Under the pieces are notes generated by a model, which was not told the DNA's origin, did not search any database, and saw only the letters and a list, made by a program, of their open reading frames with translations. Shown in pieces: positions 9,246-19,371 of a DNA stretch of 64,000 nucleotides. The position numbers were made by a program, and so were the translations under genes. Within the stretch, counting starts at the first letter, position 1. Every line of letters starts with the position of its first letter. The stretch spans positions 1-64,000 of the forward strand of contig JBIOXB010000048.1 of NCBI GenBank assembly GCA_044869275.1, given 5' to 3'. Source of the stretch: a bacterium. Lineage in GTDB: Bacteria; Zhuqueibacterota; Zhuqueibacteria; Zhuqueibacterales; Zhuqueibacteraceae.

Positions 9246-10010
9246 ATGGAGTGGCTTTTCGATCCACAAGTGTGGCTGGCATTGGTCACGCTCACGGTTT
9301 TAGAAATCGTTTTGGGCATCGATAATGTCATTTTCATCGCCATTCTCGCGGGCAAGCTGCCGGCGGCGCAACAAAAAAAGGCGCGGCAGATCGGGCTGGC
9401 CCTGGCCATGCTGACGCGCATCGCCCTGCTGTTTTCGTTGGTTTGGATCATGAAATTAACCCAGCCTTTGTTCACGGTGCTCGGTTACGAAATTTCGGGC
9501 CGCGATTTGATTCTGTTGCTCGGCGGCCTGTTTTTGCTCGCCAAGAGCACCCACGAAATTCACAATAAACTCGAAGGCGAGGAAGGGCAGGTTACGGCGC
9601 GTGTTGCCAGCACCATGACCAGCGTGATCACCCAGATCATATTGCTCGATATCGTGTTTTCCTTCGACTCGGTGATTACGGCCGTGGGTATGGCCAATCG
9701 CCTGGGCATCATGGTCGCGGCCGTGGTGATCGCGGTTATTTTCATGATGCTCTTTGCGGGCTTCATCAGTGATTTCGTCAACCGCCACCCGACGATCAAA
9801 ATGCTGGCGCTGAGTTTTTTGCTGCTCATCGGCGTGTCGTTGATCGCCGAAGGCCTCGATCACCACATTCCCAAGGGCTACATTTATTTTGCCATGGCTT
9901 TTTCGGTGTTCGTCGAGATGCTGAACCTGCGCATGCGTAAGAGCCGCGCCGAGCCCGTGCATTTGCGCACGCCCTATGTCGAGGCCGGCAGCGGCGAGCA
10001 GGCGCGTTGA
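9246..10010 (+). CDS. TerC family membrane protein
   Basis: LEIVLGIDNVIFI and LDIVFSFDSVITAVG. Confidence 0.93.
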   Translation: MEWLFDPQVWLALVTLTVLEIVLGIDNVIFIAILAGKLPAAQQKKARQIGLALAMLTRIALLFSLVWIMKLTQPLFTVLGYEISGRDLILLLGGLFLLAKSTHEIHNKLEGEEGQVTARVASTMTSVITQIILLDIVFSFDSVITAVGMANRLGIMVAAVVIAVIFMMLFAGFISDFVNRHPTIKMLALSFLLLIGVSLIAEGLDHHIPKGYIYFAMAFSVFVEMLNLRMRKSRAEPVHLRTPYVEAGSGEQAR

Positions 10011-10104
10011 AATGCGACCGCCTTGAAGGAAGCTCCTGCGCTTAAAAAAATGCGGCAGGAAGTCTTTGACAACGCAACGATCACCAACCACGGGAGCGAT
10101 CGAT

Positions 10105-10397
10105 ATGAATGAATTGCCGGCCGTCAAGCGCGTCGCGCTCGAGCACGACCTGGTCACCGTATGCAAGGAACTTATTGGCCCCTATGAAAACGTCAAGGAA
10201 TACGTCACCACGGTGAAGGACTATCTCGCGCAAGCGCAAATTCCGTCCAAGCCTTTTCACGCTTTCGGCGTTTACTTCGACGATTATAACACATGGGCTT
10301 GCAGAAAATCAAAGCCGGCTCCACCGGCGGGCATCAAGTCGTGACCATGGAAGACGGTAAGGTCGTGTTTGAGATCTATTTGGAAATTGACGAGTAG
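10105..10397 (+). pseudogene. GyrI-like small-molecule-binding protein, internally deleted and frameshifted
   Basis: The N-terminal part (..GPYE..FGVYFDD) and a C-terminal-looking part (GLQKIKAGSTGGHQVVTMEDGKVVFEIYLEIDE*) are in different frames. Confidence 0.5.
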
Positions 10398-10440
10398 CTT
10401 GACTGAGGACAGAAGTTCACCAAGCGTACTATGGAGAAAA

Positions 10441-10630
10441 ATGAGCGAGACCAACAAACCAGAGATCGGAACCATTGGCTGGACCGATCTGACCGTTCCG
10501 CAAGCCGATAAAGTCAGAGACTTTTACGGTGCCGTTGCGGCTGGAAATTCGAGCCTGTAGAGATGGGCGGCGATGGCAGCGTTTGTGTTATCCAGTAGCG
10601 CGGTGGCAGCGCTCTTGCAGCCCGCTTGAT
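10441..10630 (+). pseudogene. VOC/glyoxalase family remnant
   Basis: MSETNKPEIGTIGWTDLTVPQADKVRDFYGAV, then out-of-frame GWKFEPVEMGG joined directly to C-terminal-like DGSVCVIQ*. Confidence 0.7.
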
Positions 10631-10797
10631 TCGACTTGCAGTACAAATCAAAGATTAAAAAGGAGGAAAAATAGTAAAAAGCATTTTTGCCGTGATCATG
10701 GCTTTCGGCATCGTCAACATGCTGATGAAGCAAAGCTTTCTCTCCGCCACTGGCTTTTTGCTTGACTTTCCTCCGATGCGGCTCTATATTTTGTCTT

Positions 10798-12732
10798 ATG
10801 GATGATCCGAAGACACGCAAACGCCCTCCGGTCGCGCCGGCGCGCATGAATTTTTCTTTGTGGTACCTCGTCCTTGCGCTGTTCATGCTGTTTGGCCTCT
10901 ATCAGTTTTTCTCACGGAATGATTCCCAAACCCTCCCCTACAGCGAGTTCAAAAGATTTTTGCGTGCAGGCAAAGTGTTGTCCGCCGCGCTCACGCCGGA
11001 AGAAATTCAGGGTCAATTAAAGCATGATAGCAGCACGGCCGCGCTGGTGCAGGCGAACGACAGCATCATTTGGGGCGCGGCAACGGCTCCGGATTCCCTT
11101 GTGCGGATTCCTTTCACCACAGTGCGCGTCTTCGACCCCGATTTGATTAAGGAGCTGGAAGCGGCCGGTATTCCTTATGAGGGTAAAAACGGCGGTGCGT
11201 GGTGGGGGCAAAGCCTGTTCTTTTCCAGCTTGCTGTTATTTTTTTTGATCATGATGTTGTGGAGCTTGGTAATGCGGCGCGCCAATCCGCAGAGCGGGCT
11301 GATGTCCATCGGCAAGAGCAAAGCCAAAATTTATGTTGAAGGCAAAACCCGGGTTACGTTCAAGGACGTGGCCGGCCTCGACGAAGCGGTGGAGGAAGTG
11401 CGCGAAGTGGTGGAATTCCTGAAACAGCCGGAGAAATTCCGTCGCCTCGGCGGGCGCATTCCCAAAGGCGTGCTGCTGGTTGGCCCGCCGGGAACGGGAA
11501 AAACGCTGCTCGCGCGGGCCGTGGCAGGCGAAGCCGGCGCGCCTTTCTTTTCCTTGAGCGGTTCGGATTTTGTGGAGATGTTCGTCGGTGTGGGCGCGGC
11601 GCGCGTGCGCGATTTGTTCGAGCAGGCACAGCAGCGCGCACCCGCGATTGTGTTCATTGATGAACTTGACGCGCTCGGCAAGGCCCGCGGCATGAGCCCC
11701 TTCTCCAGCCACGACGAACGTGAACAAACGTTGAACCAATTGCTGGTGGAAATGGACGGCTTCAGCGCCAACAGCGGTGTGATTATCATGGCCGCAACCA
11801 ACCGCCCCGAGATTCTCGACATTGCACTATTGCGCCCGGGAAGATTCGACCGGCAAGTGGTGGTGGATCGCCCGGACATCAACGGCCGTGAGGCGATTCT
11901 CAAAGTGCATGCGCAAAAAGTCAAGCTCGCTCCGGAGCTGGATTTGCGTGTGATTGCCGCACGCACGCCGGGCTTCGTCGGCGCGGATCTCGCCAATATC
12001 ATCAACGAAGCCGCGTTGCTGGCCGCGCGCGAGAACAAAGACCACATCGAGAAGCAGGATCTCGAAGAAGCCATCGACCGCGTGATCGCGGGCTTGGAGA
12101 AGAAGAATCGCGTCCTCAACAAGAAAGAAAAAGAAATCGTCGCCTATCATGAAGCCGGTCACGCCATCATTGCCGCGATCCTTCCGGGCGTCGACAGCGT
12201 GCATCGTGTGAGCATCATTCCACGCGGGGTGGCGGCTTTGGGCTATACCCTGCAGCTTCCCACCGAAGATCGATATTTGATGACGCGCTCGGAATTGCAG
12301 AATCGCATGAAAGTGCTGCTCGGCGGCCGGGTGGCGGAGGAAATCATTTTCAAGGAAGTATCCACCGGCGCGCAAAACGATCTCGAGCGCTGCACCGCCA
12401 TCGCGCGCAGCATGGTGACGGAGTACGGCATGAGCGCGCGTCTCGGTCCCTTGTTCTATGCCAAGGAAAAGCGCAACCTTTTTCTGGGCGGGGAATTTGG
12501 CGGCGAGCAACACAGCGAGAAACTCGCCGGTGAGATCGACGCCGAAGTGCGCGACCTCGTCGAGGACGCCTATCGCGAAGTGGCACGCCGGCTGAAAAAG
12601 AATCGCGACAAGCTCGAAGCGTTGGCCAAATTGCTGCTCGAAAAAGAAGTGGTTGAGCGGGAGGAATTGCTGCAGCTATTGGATAGCAGAAGCCCGCGCA
12701 AGCTGGACGGGAACGAGCGTCATCAAAAATAG
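10798..12732 (+). CDS. ftsH: ATP-dependent zinc metalloprotease FtsH
   Basis: Two TM segments, [17 protein letters not shown] and HEAGH. Confidence 0.96.
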   Translation: MDDPKTRKRPPVAPARMNFSLWYLVLALFMLFGLYQFFSRNDSQTLPYSEFKRFLRAGKVLSAALTPEEIQGQLKHDSSTAALVQANDSIIWGAATAPDSLVRIPFTTVRVFDPDLIKELEAAGIPYEGKNGGAWWGQSLFFSSLLLFFLIMMLWSLVMRRANPQSGLMSIGKSKAKIYVEGKTRVTFKDVAGLDEAVEEVREVVEFLKQPEKFRRLGGRIPKGVLLVGPPGTGKTLLARAVAGEAGAPFFSLSGSDFVEMFVGVGAARVRDLFEQAQQRAPAIVFIDELDALGKARGMSPFSSHDEREQTLNQLLVEMDGFSANSGVIIMAATNRPEILDIALLRPGRFDRQVVVDRPDINGREAILKVHAQKVKLAPELDLRVIAARTPGFVGADLANIINEAALLAARENKDHIEKQDLEEAIDRVIAGLEKKNRVLNKKEKEIVAYHEAGHAIIAAILPGVDSVHRVSIIPRGVAALGYTLQLPTEDRYLMTRSELQNRMKVLLGGRVAEEIIFKEVSTGAQNDLERCTAIARSMVTEYGMSARLGPLFYAKEKRNLFLGGEFGGEQHSEKLAGEIDAEVRDLVEDAYREVARRLKKNRDKLEALAKLLLEKEVVEREELLQLLDSRSPRKLDGNERHQK

Positions 12733-12786
12733 CGCCGTTTTTATTGGGTGGGGGTGGAATGATCACTTGCTCACAGGGAAGAAACC

Positions 12787-13041
12787 ATGGGAAATTTATT
12801 ATGGTTTCTGGCGCTCATGGCTACACTGGCGATGGGTTGCGAGCATCAAGCCATCACGTTTTCGCATGATGGTTTTGAGCCGATTCAAGAAGATTTTAGC
12901 GACATTGCCATTCCGCGAGCGCGCTGGCAAGCTGAGAAAATTAAACAAGCGTATTCCTTTTGTGGCAAGCGTGAACGCTCGGCAGGAGGCGAGCACGGAT
13001 GCATGAGGCGAAATTCGCGCATTTGTTCCAGGAGGCAGTGA
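12787..13041 (+). CDS. Small putative lipoprotein, possibly truncated
   Basis: Lipobox-like LAMGC; its stop overlaps the next GTG start (GTGA). Confidence 0.4.
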   Translation: MGNLLWFLALMATLAMGCEHQAITFSHDGFEPIQEDFSDIAIPRARWQAEKIKQAYSFCGKRERSAGGEHGCMRRNSRICSRRQ

Positions 13042-13943
13042 GTACATTTGAACCGGACCAGAAGAGGAGATGCCGTGCCGATATCATCCCTCTCGCCCTT
13101 TGTGCACTTCTTTTGAGTTGGAATAAAGCTTCGGCCGGCGACCAGAATACGCGCGGCCAAACCTCAGTAAATTATTCTTCCACTCCGGCGTCGTTCGCCA
13201 CGAATCATCTCTGGCTTACTCCGCCGCGCGCCGCTCGATTCAGCTTGGGCTTTGAGACATACTCGCATTGGCAAGCGCCAATTTCGGGCCTGCGGGGAAC
13301 ACTGTATCGCCTCGGCAACCTGCGCCTGGATTTCGGCATCTCTGCCAACGTGGTTTTTCAAATCTACGGGCCGCTGCGGCAGATGCTCGATATCGATAGC
13401 GCCGCCTCCACGCCGGTTCCCGGCATGCCAACCTCGGGCACCACGAGCGACGCCGGCGATTTTTCCGTCGCGACAATTCTGAGGCTGTGGGAGAACCGTC
13501 GAAAGGATTTTGCTTTTGGCTTGCAGGTTGAAACCCGGCTGCCGAACTCTACGCAAAGGAAGGGAATTGGCACGAACACGACGGATATCTTTCTTGCCGT
13601 TCTTGCCTCAAAAAAATGGCACACGGGCATTCTCTTCGGCGAGCTGGGCATGGGCATTTTGACGGCGCCGTTGGAAACTGACGTGCAAAACGATGTCTTA
13701 CTTTACGGCATGGGTGCGGCCTGGAAGGCGCGCCCACGCGTGCAATTCTTCGGAGAGATCAACGGCTATTTGACCACGCGCAATATTATTCCGGCCGGCA
13801 CAGAAGCGCGCGGCATGGCGCGCGCCGGCCTCGCCTGGCAATTCAATTCCTGGAGCGTGGAAGCGTGCGCACAGCACGGCTTGACCGACAATGAGGGAGA
13901 ATGGGGAGTTCGCGCCAACCTGGTGCGAGGGATTTCCTGGTAG
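13038..13943 (+). CDS. Hypothetical exported / outer-membrane beta-barrel-like protein
   Basis: AGGAGG RBS plus GTG, signal-like segment, alternating beta-strand pattern and terminal W. Confidence 0.6.
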   Translation: MSTFEPDQKRRCRADIIPLALCALLLSWNKASAGDQNTRGQTSVNYSSTPASFATNHLWLTPPRAARFSLGFETYSHWQAPISGLRGTLYRLGNLRLDFGISANVVFQIYGPLRQMLDIDSAASTPVPGMPTSGTTSDAGDFSVATILRLWENRRKDFAFGLQVETRLPNSTQRKGIGTNTTDIFLAVLASKKWHTGILFGELGMGILTAPLETDVQNDVLLYGMGAAWKARPRVQFFGEINGYLTTRNIIPAGTEARGMARAGLAWQFNSWSVEACAQHGLTDNEGEWGVRANLVRGISW

Positions 13944-14073
13944 ATTTCGCAACCAACACTGAAAGTTCTATGCTCCAATCACAGTATCTTTTCGCTTATG
14001 CCGTGCTCATGCTGGTGGCTGCCCTTGGCCTGTATGGACTCGATCACTGCTCGCAGAAAGGGAAAAAGTATTA

Positions 14074-14640
14074 ATGCTGGCTGGCCATCTCGCCGTGGGG
14101 CTCGCACTTAAAGCGCGTTATCGCGAAGTTCCACTTCTGGTTCTGCTATTTTCGGTTCAACTGTTGGATTGGATCTGGCTCGTGCTGGCCTGGCAGGGGG
14201 TGGAACATTTTCGCATTTTCTTCGCGACCCAGGGCCCGCTGCAGCTCGATCTTTACGACGTGCGGTATTCGCACGCGATGTTCTGGTCGGTGTTTTATGG
14301 GGCCGCCGTATTCATCCTGTTCGCACGCGCCGAAGGCCGGCGCCACTGGGCTGTGCCACTGGGTCTGGGCATTTTCTCGCATTGGGTGTTGGATGCCATT
14401 TGGTATTCGGATCTGCCTTTTGCGAACTTTGGCCCGGAGCTGCGCTTGGGGCTGGGCTTGAATTCCCTTTCGCCTTTTTTGACACTCGGCCTGGAAGGCG
14501 GCCTGGTGATGTTGTGCTGGTGGATTTATTATCGCAGCCGGCGAGCCATGGCGTCTGGGGCATTGCCCCTGTGGCTGAGTTTGGGATTATTGGTTCTAAT
14601 GCTTTTTTCAAATCAACTGCTCACAAGCTTTTCGAAGTAA
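14074..14640 (+). CDS. Membrane-bound metal-dependent hydrolase-like protein
   Basis: GH, YSH and SHWVLD motifs in hydrophobic helices. Confidence 0.65.
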   Translation: MLAGHLAVGLALKARYREVPLLVLLFSVQLLDWIWLVLAWQGVEHFRIFFATQGPLQLDLYDVRYSHAMFWSVFYGAAVFILFARAEGRRHWAVPLGLGIFSHWVLDAIWYSDLPFANFGPELRLGLGLNSLSPFLTLGLEGGLVMLCWWIYYRSRRAMASGALPLWLSLGLLVLMLFSNQLLTSFSK

Positions 14641-14803
14641 TTTTACCGCCAAAGATAAAACTATGTAACGGATGAAAACTTCCCGCCCTTCATTCGTATA
14701 ATCTCCAACTGTTCAATACAAACTTGCAAAACTATGCTGTTGTAGCAAAGTTTTTGGTTGCGGCCCTGCAACGCTGCGTAACTCTGTGCTGAAAAGGGTT
14801 TTC

Positions 14804-15538
14804 ATGGAAAATAGCACCATCTTATCCGTTCAAAATTTGACCAAAGCTTACCGCAGCGGCGAGCGCACGCTCACGGTGCTGCGAGAGGTATCTTTTTCGC
14901 TTGCCGCCGGCGACGCGTGCGCCATTGTCGGCCCTTCCGGCAGCGGCAAAACCACTTTGCTGGGATTATGCGCGGGGCTTGATCGCGCCACTTCCGGAGC
15001 GGTGTTGCTGAACGGCGTGCCGCTCGATTCCTTGAATGAAGACGTGCGCGCACGCTTGCGCAACGAACATGTCGGCTTCGTGTTTCAGAATTTCCAGCTC
15101 ATTGCCACGCTCACGGCCTTGGAAAATGTCATGGTGCCGCTGGAATTGCGCGGCGACAAAGACGCGCACGCCCGCGCCGTGCATCTCTTGCAGCGCGTGG
15201 GACTGGAGGATCGCCTGCATCATTATCCCGTGCAGCTTTCCGGCGGCGAGCAGCAGCGCGTGGCGCTCGCGCGCGCGTTCAGCAATCGCCCCAAAATTCT
15301 TTTTGCCGATGAGCCCACCGGCAACCTCGACGCCGAGACCAGCGAAAAAGTCGTGCATTTGCTTTTTGATTTGAACCGCGAGGCCGGTACCACGCTGGTG
15401 CTGGTGACGCATAACCTGGAATTGGCCCAGCGTACGCAACGCATCATCCGCCTGAAAGGCGGGATGATCATCTCGGATGAATCGACCAATGCTCATTTTC
15501 ATATGTCGCGCGATAACGTAAAGGAAGTGTCACACTGA
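14804..15538 (+). CDS. ABC transporter ATP-binding protein (YbbA/LolD-like)
   Basis: GPSGSGKT, LSGGEQQR and ADEPTGNLD. Confidence 0.92.
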   Translation: MENSTILSVQNLTKAYRSGERTLTVLREVSFSLAAGDACAIVGPSGSGKTTLLGLCAGLDRATSGAVLLNGVPLDSLNEDVRARLRNEHVGFVFQNFQLIATLTALENVMVPLELRGDKDAHARAVHLLQRVGLEDRLHHYPVQLSGGEQQRVALARAFSNRPKILFADEPTGNLDAETSEKVVHLLFDLNREAGTTLVLVTHNLELAQRTQRIIRLKGGMIISDESTNAHFHMSRDNVKEVSH

Positions 15539-15585
15539 ATGAATCTTGGCAAACGTGAGCACGGGTGCGAACGCGCAACAGGATT

Positions 15586-15731
15586 CAGACTGTGTGAAAA
15601 CGCTTGGTTTCAACGCCGGCTGAGCTTGTCGAAGCCGGATTTTTGAACTTAGCACCCTTCGACAAGCACCTTTCGACAAGCTCCCTTCGACAAGCTCAGG
15701 GTGCTGCATTCCCAAGTTTTCACACTGTCTG
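15586..15731. mobile_element. MITE copy 2, inverted relative to copy 1
   Basis: CAGACTGTGTGAAAACGCTTGGTTTCAACG...GTTTTCACACTGTCTG; flanked by ATT on both sides (possible TSD). Confidence 0.8.
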
Positions 15732-15809
15732 ATTCATTCTGAATCACAGGAAAATGCCCAAATCAAGCCGAAAGTATAGCGCCCAATCGTCCTGTTGCAG
15801 GAGAAGAGA

Positions 15810-18368
15810 ATGATCGCGAAGATAGATAAGAATCATATTTATCCTGCCTGGCTTCTCCGTATGGCTTGGCGCGATGCCCGCACGCATCGCAAGCGCTTGT
15901 TGCTGTTTACCTCCGCGATCATTCTCGGCATTGCCGCGCTGGTGGCGATCAACTCCCTGGGCGAGGATTTGGAAAGAGCCATCGATGAGCAAGCCAAAAC
16001 GCTACTGGGTGCGGATCTGCAAATCAGCAGCCGCCAGCCCTTCAGCGCTGAATCGGAAACGCTGTTCGATTCACTCGGCGGCGAGCAATCGCGCGAAGCG
16101 CGTTTTTCCTCGATGGTGTATTTTCCCCAAAGCGGCGGCACGCGTTTGGCGCGCATCCGCGCGGTACAAGGCGATTATCCCTTTTACGGTGCATTCAAGG
16201 TGATACCACAGGAAGCCGCCTACGACTTCAAGAATGAGCGCCGCGTTTTGGTGGAAGAATCGTTGCTGATGCAGTATGACGTCGCCGTGGGTGATTCCCT
16301 GAAAATCGGAGATTTGATGTTTGCCATTGCCGGGCGCTTGCAAAGCGTCCCCGGCGAAAGTGCGGCGGATGCCTTCATCGGCCCGAGGGTGTATTTGCCG
16401 CTGCGCTATATCGCGCAAACCGATTTGCTGCAGCGCGGCAGCCAGGTGAACTATATTGTCTATTTCAAATTCGCCGGAAATGTTGACGCCGAAGAATTCG
16501 TGCCGCGCCTCAGGCCGCATTTGGAAAAATACCGCCTGCGCCACGAAACCGTTGCCAGCCAGAAAGAAGATCTTGGCCGCGGCATGAAGAATTTGTACCA
16601 GTTTCTCAGCCTGGTCGGCTTCATCGCGTTGCTGCTCGGCTGCATCGGCGTAGCCAGCGCGGTGCACGTGCATATCAAGCAAAAGCTCAATACCATTGCG
16701 GTGCTGCGCTGCCTGGGCGCGAGCGGCAAACAGACCTTTCTGATTTTTTTGATGCAGGCCGCGGCCTTGGGACTCGCCGGAGCGTTGCTGGGCATTGCTC
16801 TTGGCGTTTACATTCAAACCTGGCTGCCGAGAGTCTTGCATGATTTTTTGCCGGTGGCGATCCAGGTTCGACTTTCCTGGCGCGCGATGTTGGCAGGATT
16901 ATGCCTGGGCTTGGGCATGACGCTGCTCTTCGCATTATTACCTTTGCTGCGCGTCCGCGCCATATCACCTTTGCTCACGCTCAGATCGTCATTCGATGGC
17001 AGCCAGAATTCAAAAAGAGATTTTTGGCGCATTCTCATTTACGCGCTGATCACTGCCGGCATCATTCTGTTTGCGCGCGCACAGGCCCGTGATTGGTTCT
17101 TCGCCCTGGCCTTTACCGCCGGTCTGGGCCTCGCTTTCGGATTGCTGATTGCCGCGGCCAAACTGCTGATGGTTTCGGTCAAAAAATTCTTTCCCTCCTC
17201 GTGGAGTTATATCTGGCGGCAGAGCCTGGCCAATCTGTACCGCCCCAACAACCAAACGCTGACCATGATTTTCGCGCTGGGCTTGGGTACGTTTCTGATC
17301 ACCACACTCTTTCTCGTGCAAGACACATTACTGCGCCAAATCTCGCTCTCCAGCACGGGCGCGCAGCCGAATCTGGTTTTGTTCGATATTCAATCCGACC
17401 AAAAAGAAGCCGTGGCGGATTTGATCCGCTCGCTCGATCTGCCGGTTTTGCAGCAAGTGCCGGTGGTGACGATGCGCCTGGAAGCCCTCAACGGCCGCCA
17501 GGTGCGGGCATTGCAGAAAGACAGCACCTCGGGCATCCCCGGCTGGGCGTTGCGCCGCGAATATCGCAGCTCGTATCGCGATTCTTTGAATGACAACGAG
17601 AAACTGATCGCCGGCAGCCTGCAAAGGCCCGGCAACGGCCTGGCCGATACCATTCGCGTCTCGGTGGAGGAAAGCATTGCCAAATCGCTGAAAGTGAAGG
17701 TCGGCGACGTGCTGGTATTCGACGTGCAAGGCGTGCCAGTGACCACCGTGATTGGCAGCTTGCGCGAAGTGAATTGGCGGCGTTTGCAGCCGAGTTTTTA
17801 TATTCTTTTTCCCTCCGGCGTGCTCGAGCAGGCACCGCAGTTTCATGTGCTCGCGACGCGCGTGAGTTCGAGTGCGCAATCGGCGCAATTGCAGCGCACG
17901 GCGGTGCAGCGCTTTCCGAATGTCTCGGCCATCGACTTGACCCTGGTTTTGCAAACCGCGGACAATATTCTCAGCAAAGTCGCATTCGTGATTCGCTTCA
18001 TGGCGCTGTTCAGCATTCTCACCGGCCTGTTGGTCTTGGCGGCTGCGGTGATCACCAGCCGCTATCAACGCTTGCAGGAAAGCGTGCTCTTGCGCACGCT
18101 CGGCGGCAGCCGCAGCCAAATTCTGAAAATCATGACGCTGGAGTATTTGTTCCTGGGAGGGTTGGCAGGACTGACCGGCTTGCTGCTGGCGCTGGCCGCG
18201 AGCTGGGCCCTGGCGCATTTCGTTTTCGAGGCAACGTTTATTCCCGCATTGCTGCCCTCAGCGCTGGTGATGCTGGCGGTGATTGCGGTGACGATTATTT
18301 TGGGGATGTTGAACAGTCGCGGGATGATCGATCATCCGCCGCTGGAGGTGTTGCGGGCGGAGGGATGA
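15810..18368 (+). CDS. ABC transporter permease, FtsX/MacB-like (YbbP-like)
   Basis: Two FtsX-like domains (IAVLRCLGAS, LLRTLGGSR), AVQGDYPFYG and FDIQSDQ. Confidence 0.9.
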   Translation: MIAKIDKNHIYPAWLLRMAWRDARTHRKRLLLFTSAIILGIAALVAINSLGEDLERAIDEQAKTLLGADLQISSRQPFSAESETLFDSLGGEQSREARFSSMVYFPQSGGTRLARIRAVQGDYPFYGAFKVIPQEAAYDFKNERRVLVEESLLMQYDVAVGDSLKIGDLMFAIAGRLQSVPGESAADAFIGPRVYLPLRYIAQTDLLQRGSQVNYIVYFKFAGNVDAEEFVPRLRPHLEKYRLRHETVASQKEDLGRGMKNLYQFLSLVGFIALLLGCIGVASAVHVHIKQKLNTIAVLRCLGASGKQTFLIFLMQAAALGLAGALLGIALGVYIQTWLPRVLHDFLPVAIQVRLSWRAMLAGLCLGLGMTLLFALLPLLRVRAISPLLTLRSSFDGSQNSKRDFWRILIYALITAGIILFARAQARDWFFALAFTAGLGLAFGLLIAAAKLLMVSVKKFFPSSWSYIWRQSLANLYRPNNQTLTMIFALGLGTFLITTLFLVQDTLLRQISLSSTGAQPNLVLFDIQSDQKEAVADLIRSLDLPVLQQVPVVTMRLEALNGRQVRALQKDSTSGIPGWALRREYRSSYRDSLNDNEKLIAGSLQRPGNGLADTIRVSVEESIAKSLKVKVGDVLVFDVQGVPVTTVIGSLREVNWRRLQPSFYILFPSGVLEQAPQFHVLATRVSSSAQSAQLQRTAVQRFPNVSAIDLTLVLQTADNILSKVAFVIRFMALFSILTGLLVLAAAVITSRYQRLQESVLLRTLGGSRSQILKIMTLEYLFLGGLAGLTGLLLALAASWALAHFVFEATFIPALLPSALVMLAVIAVTIILGMLNSRGMIDHPPLEVLRAEG

Positions 18369-18378
18369 AAGTACTGCA

Positions 18379-19371
18379 TCAATCAAACAACTTTTTCGCC
18401 GCGGCGAGCACGTGCGACACGATTTCCTGCAGCTTGCCTTCCACCAGCGCGCCCGACGCATAGGGATGCCCGCCGCCGCCAAAAAGGCTGGCCAGGCCGT
18501 TGATGGCATATCTGCCCTTCGAGCGGAAGCTGATTTTGACTTTGCCTTCCTTCGTTTCCAAAAACATCAAGCTCAACTCCACGCCCGCGATGGTGCGCGG
18601 GAAATCGGAAAAGCTTTCGGTGTCCAAAACGCCGGTGTTCGTCGTTTGCAAATCTTGCTGGGTTACCACGAACCACGCCAGCCGCCCGTCCTTTTCAAAA
18701 TGCAGATTGCCGAGAATATGCGCCAGCAGCTTCATGCGCTGCGGCGGCTGGTTTTCGTAAACTTTTTGATACAACTCATGCGGTTTCACACCAGCGGCAA
18801 CCAAGGCCGCCGCGACTTTGAACGCGCCCACGGAGGTATTGGAGAAGCGAAACCCTCCGGTGTCCGTCATCACTGCCGTGTAAAGCGCCTGCGCCAAGCG
18901 CTCCTCGAGACGGGCACCAAGAGAGATGAGCAATTCATGAATCATCTCACCGGTGGAAGAAGCGGGCGGATAAATGATATCGAGATCGACAAACGGTTCT
19001 TCGCTGGGGTGGTGATCGATGCAGATTTTCGGGACCGGCAAGGTCCGTATCAATGTGCCCAGGTCGCGCAGCCGCTTCCAATCGCTGATGTCGAGAATGA
19101 AAATGGCATCGCTGGCGCGCACGAGATCGGCGTGCTTCTCCTGGGAGAACAGCTCGATTTCACCATGCGGATCTAGAAACGCGTAATTTTCCGGCGTGGC
19201 ACTGTGATTGAAGAGGTGAACCTTCTTGCCGATTTGTTGCAGATATTCGGCCAACGCGATTTCCGAGCCGATGCCATCGCCGTCGGGATTGACGTGCGTG
19301 GTGAGAACGAAGGTTTTGCCGTGAGCTAAAATGTTTCGTATCTGTTGCAGGGCGGCTTGTGGGATCATCAT
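18379..19371 (-). CDS. nrnA: Bifunctional oligoribonuclease/PAP phosphatase (DHH family)
   Basis: HVNPDGD, IDHH, TDTGGF, SFRS and GGGGH. Confidence 0.88.
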   Translation of the reverse strand: MMIPQAALQQIRNILAHGKTFVLTTHVNPDGDGIGSEIALAEYLQQIGKKVHLFNHSATPENYAFLDPHGEIELFSQEKHADLVRASDAIFILDISDWKRLRDLGTLIRTLPVPKICIDHHPSEEPFVDLDIIYPPASSTGEMIHELLISLGARLEERLAQALYTAVMTDTGGFRFSNTSVGAFKVAAALVAAGVKPHELYQKVYENQPPQRMKLLAHILGNLHFEKDGRLAWFVVTQQDLQTTNTGVLDTESFSDFPRTIAGVELSLMFLETKEGKVKISFRSKGRYAINGLASLFGGGGHPYASGALVEGKLQEIVSHVLAAAKKLFD

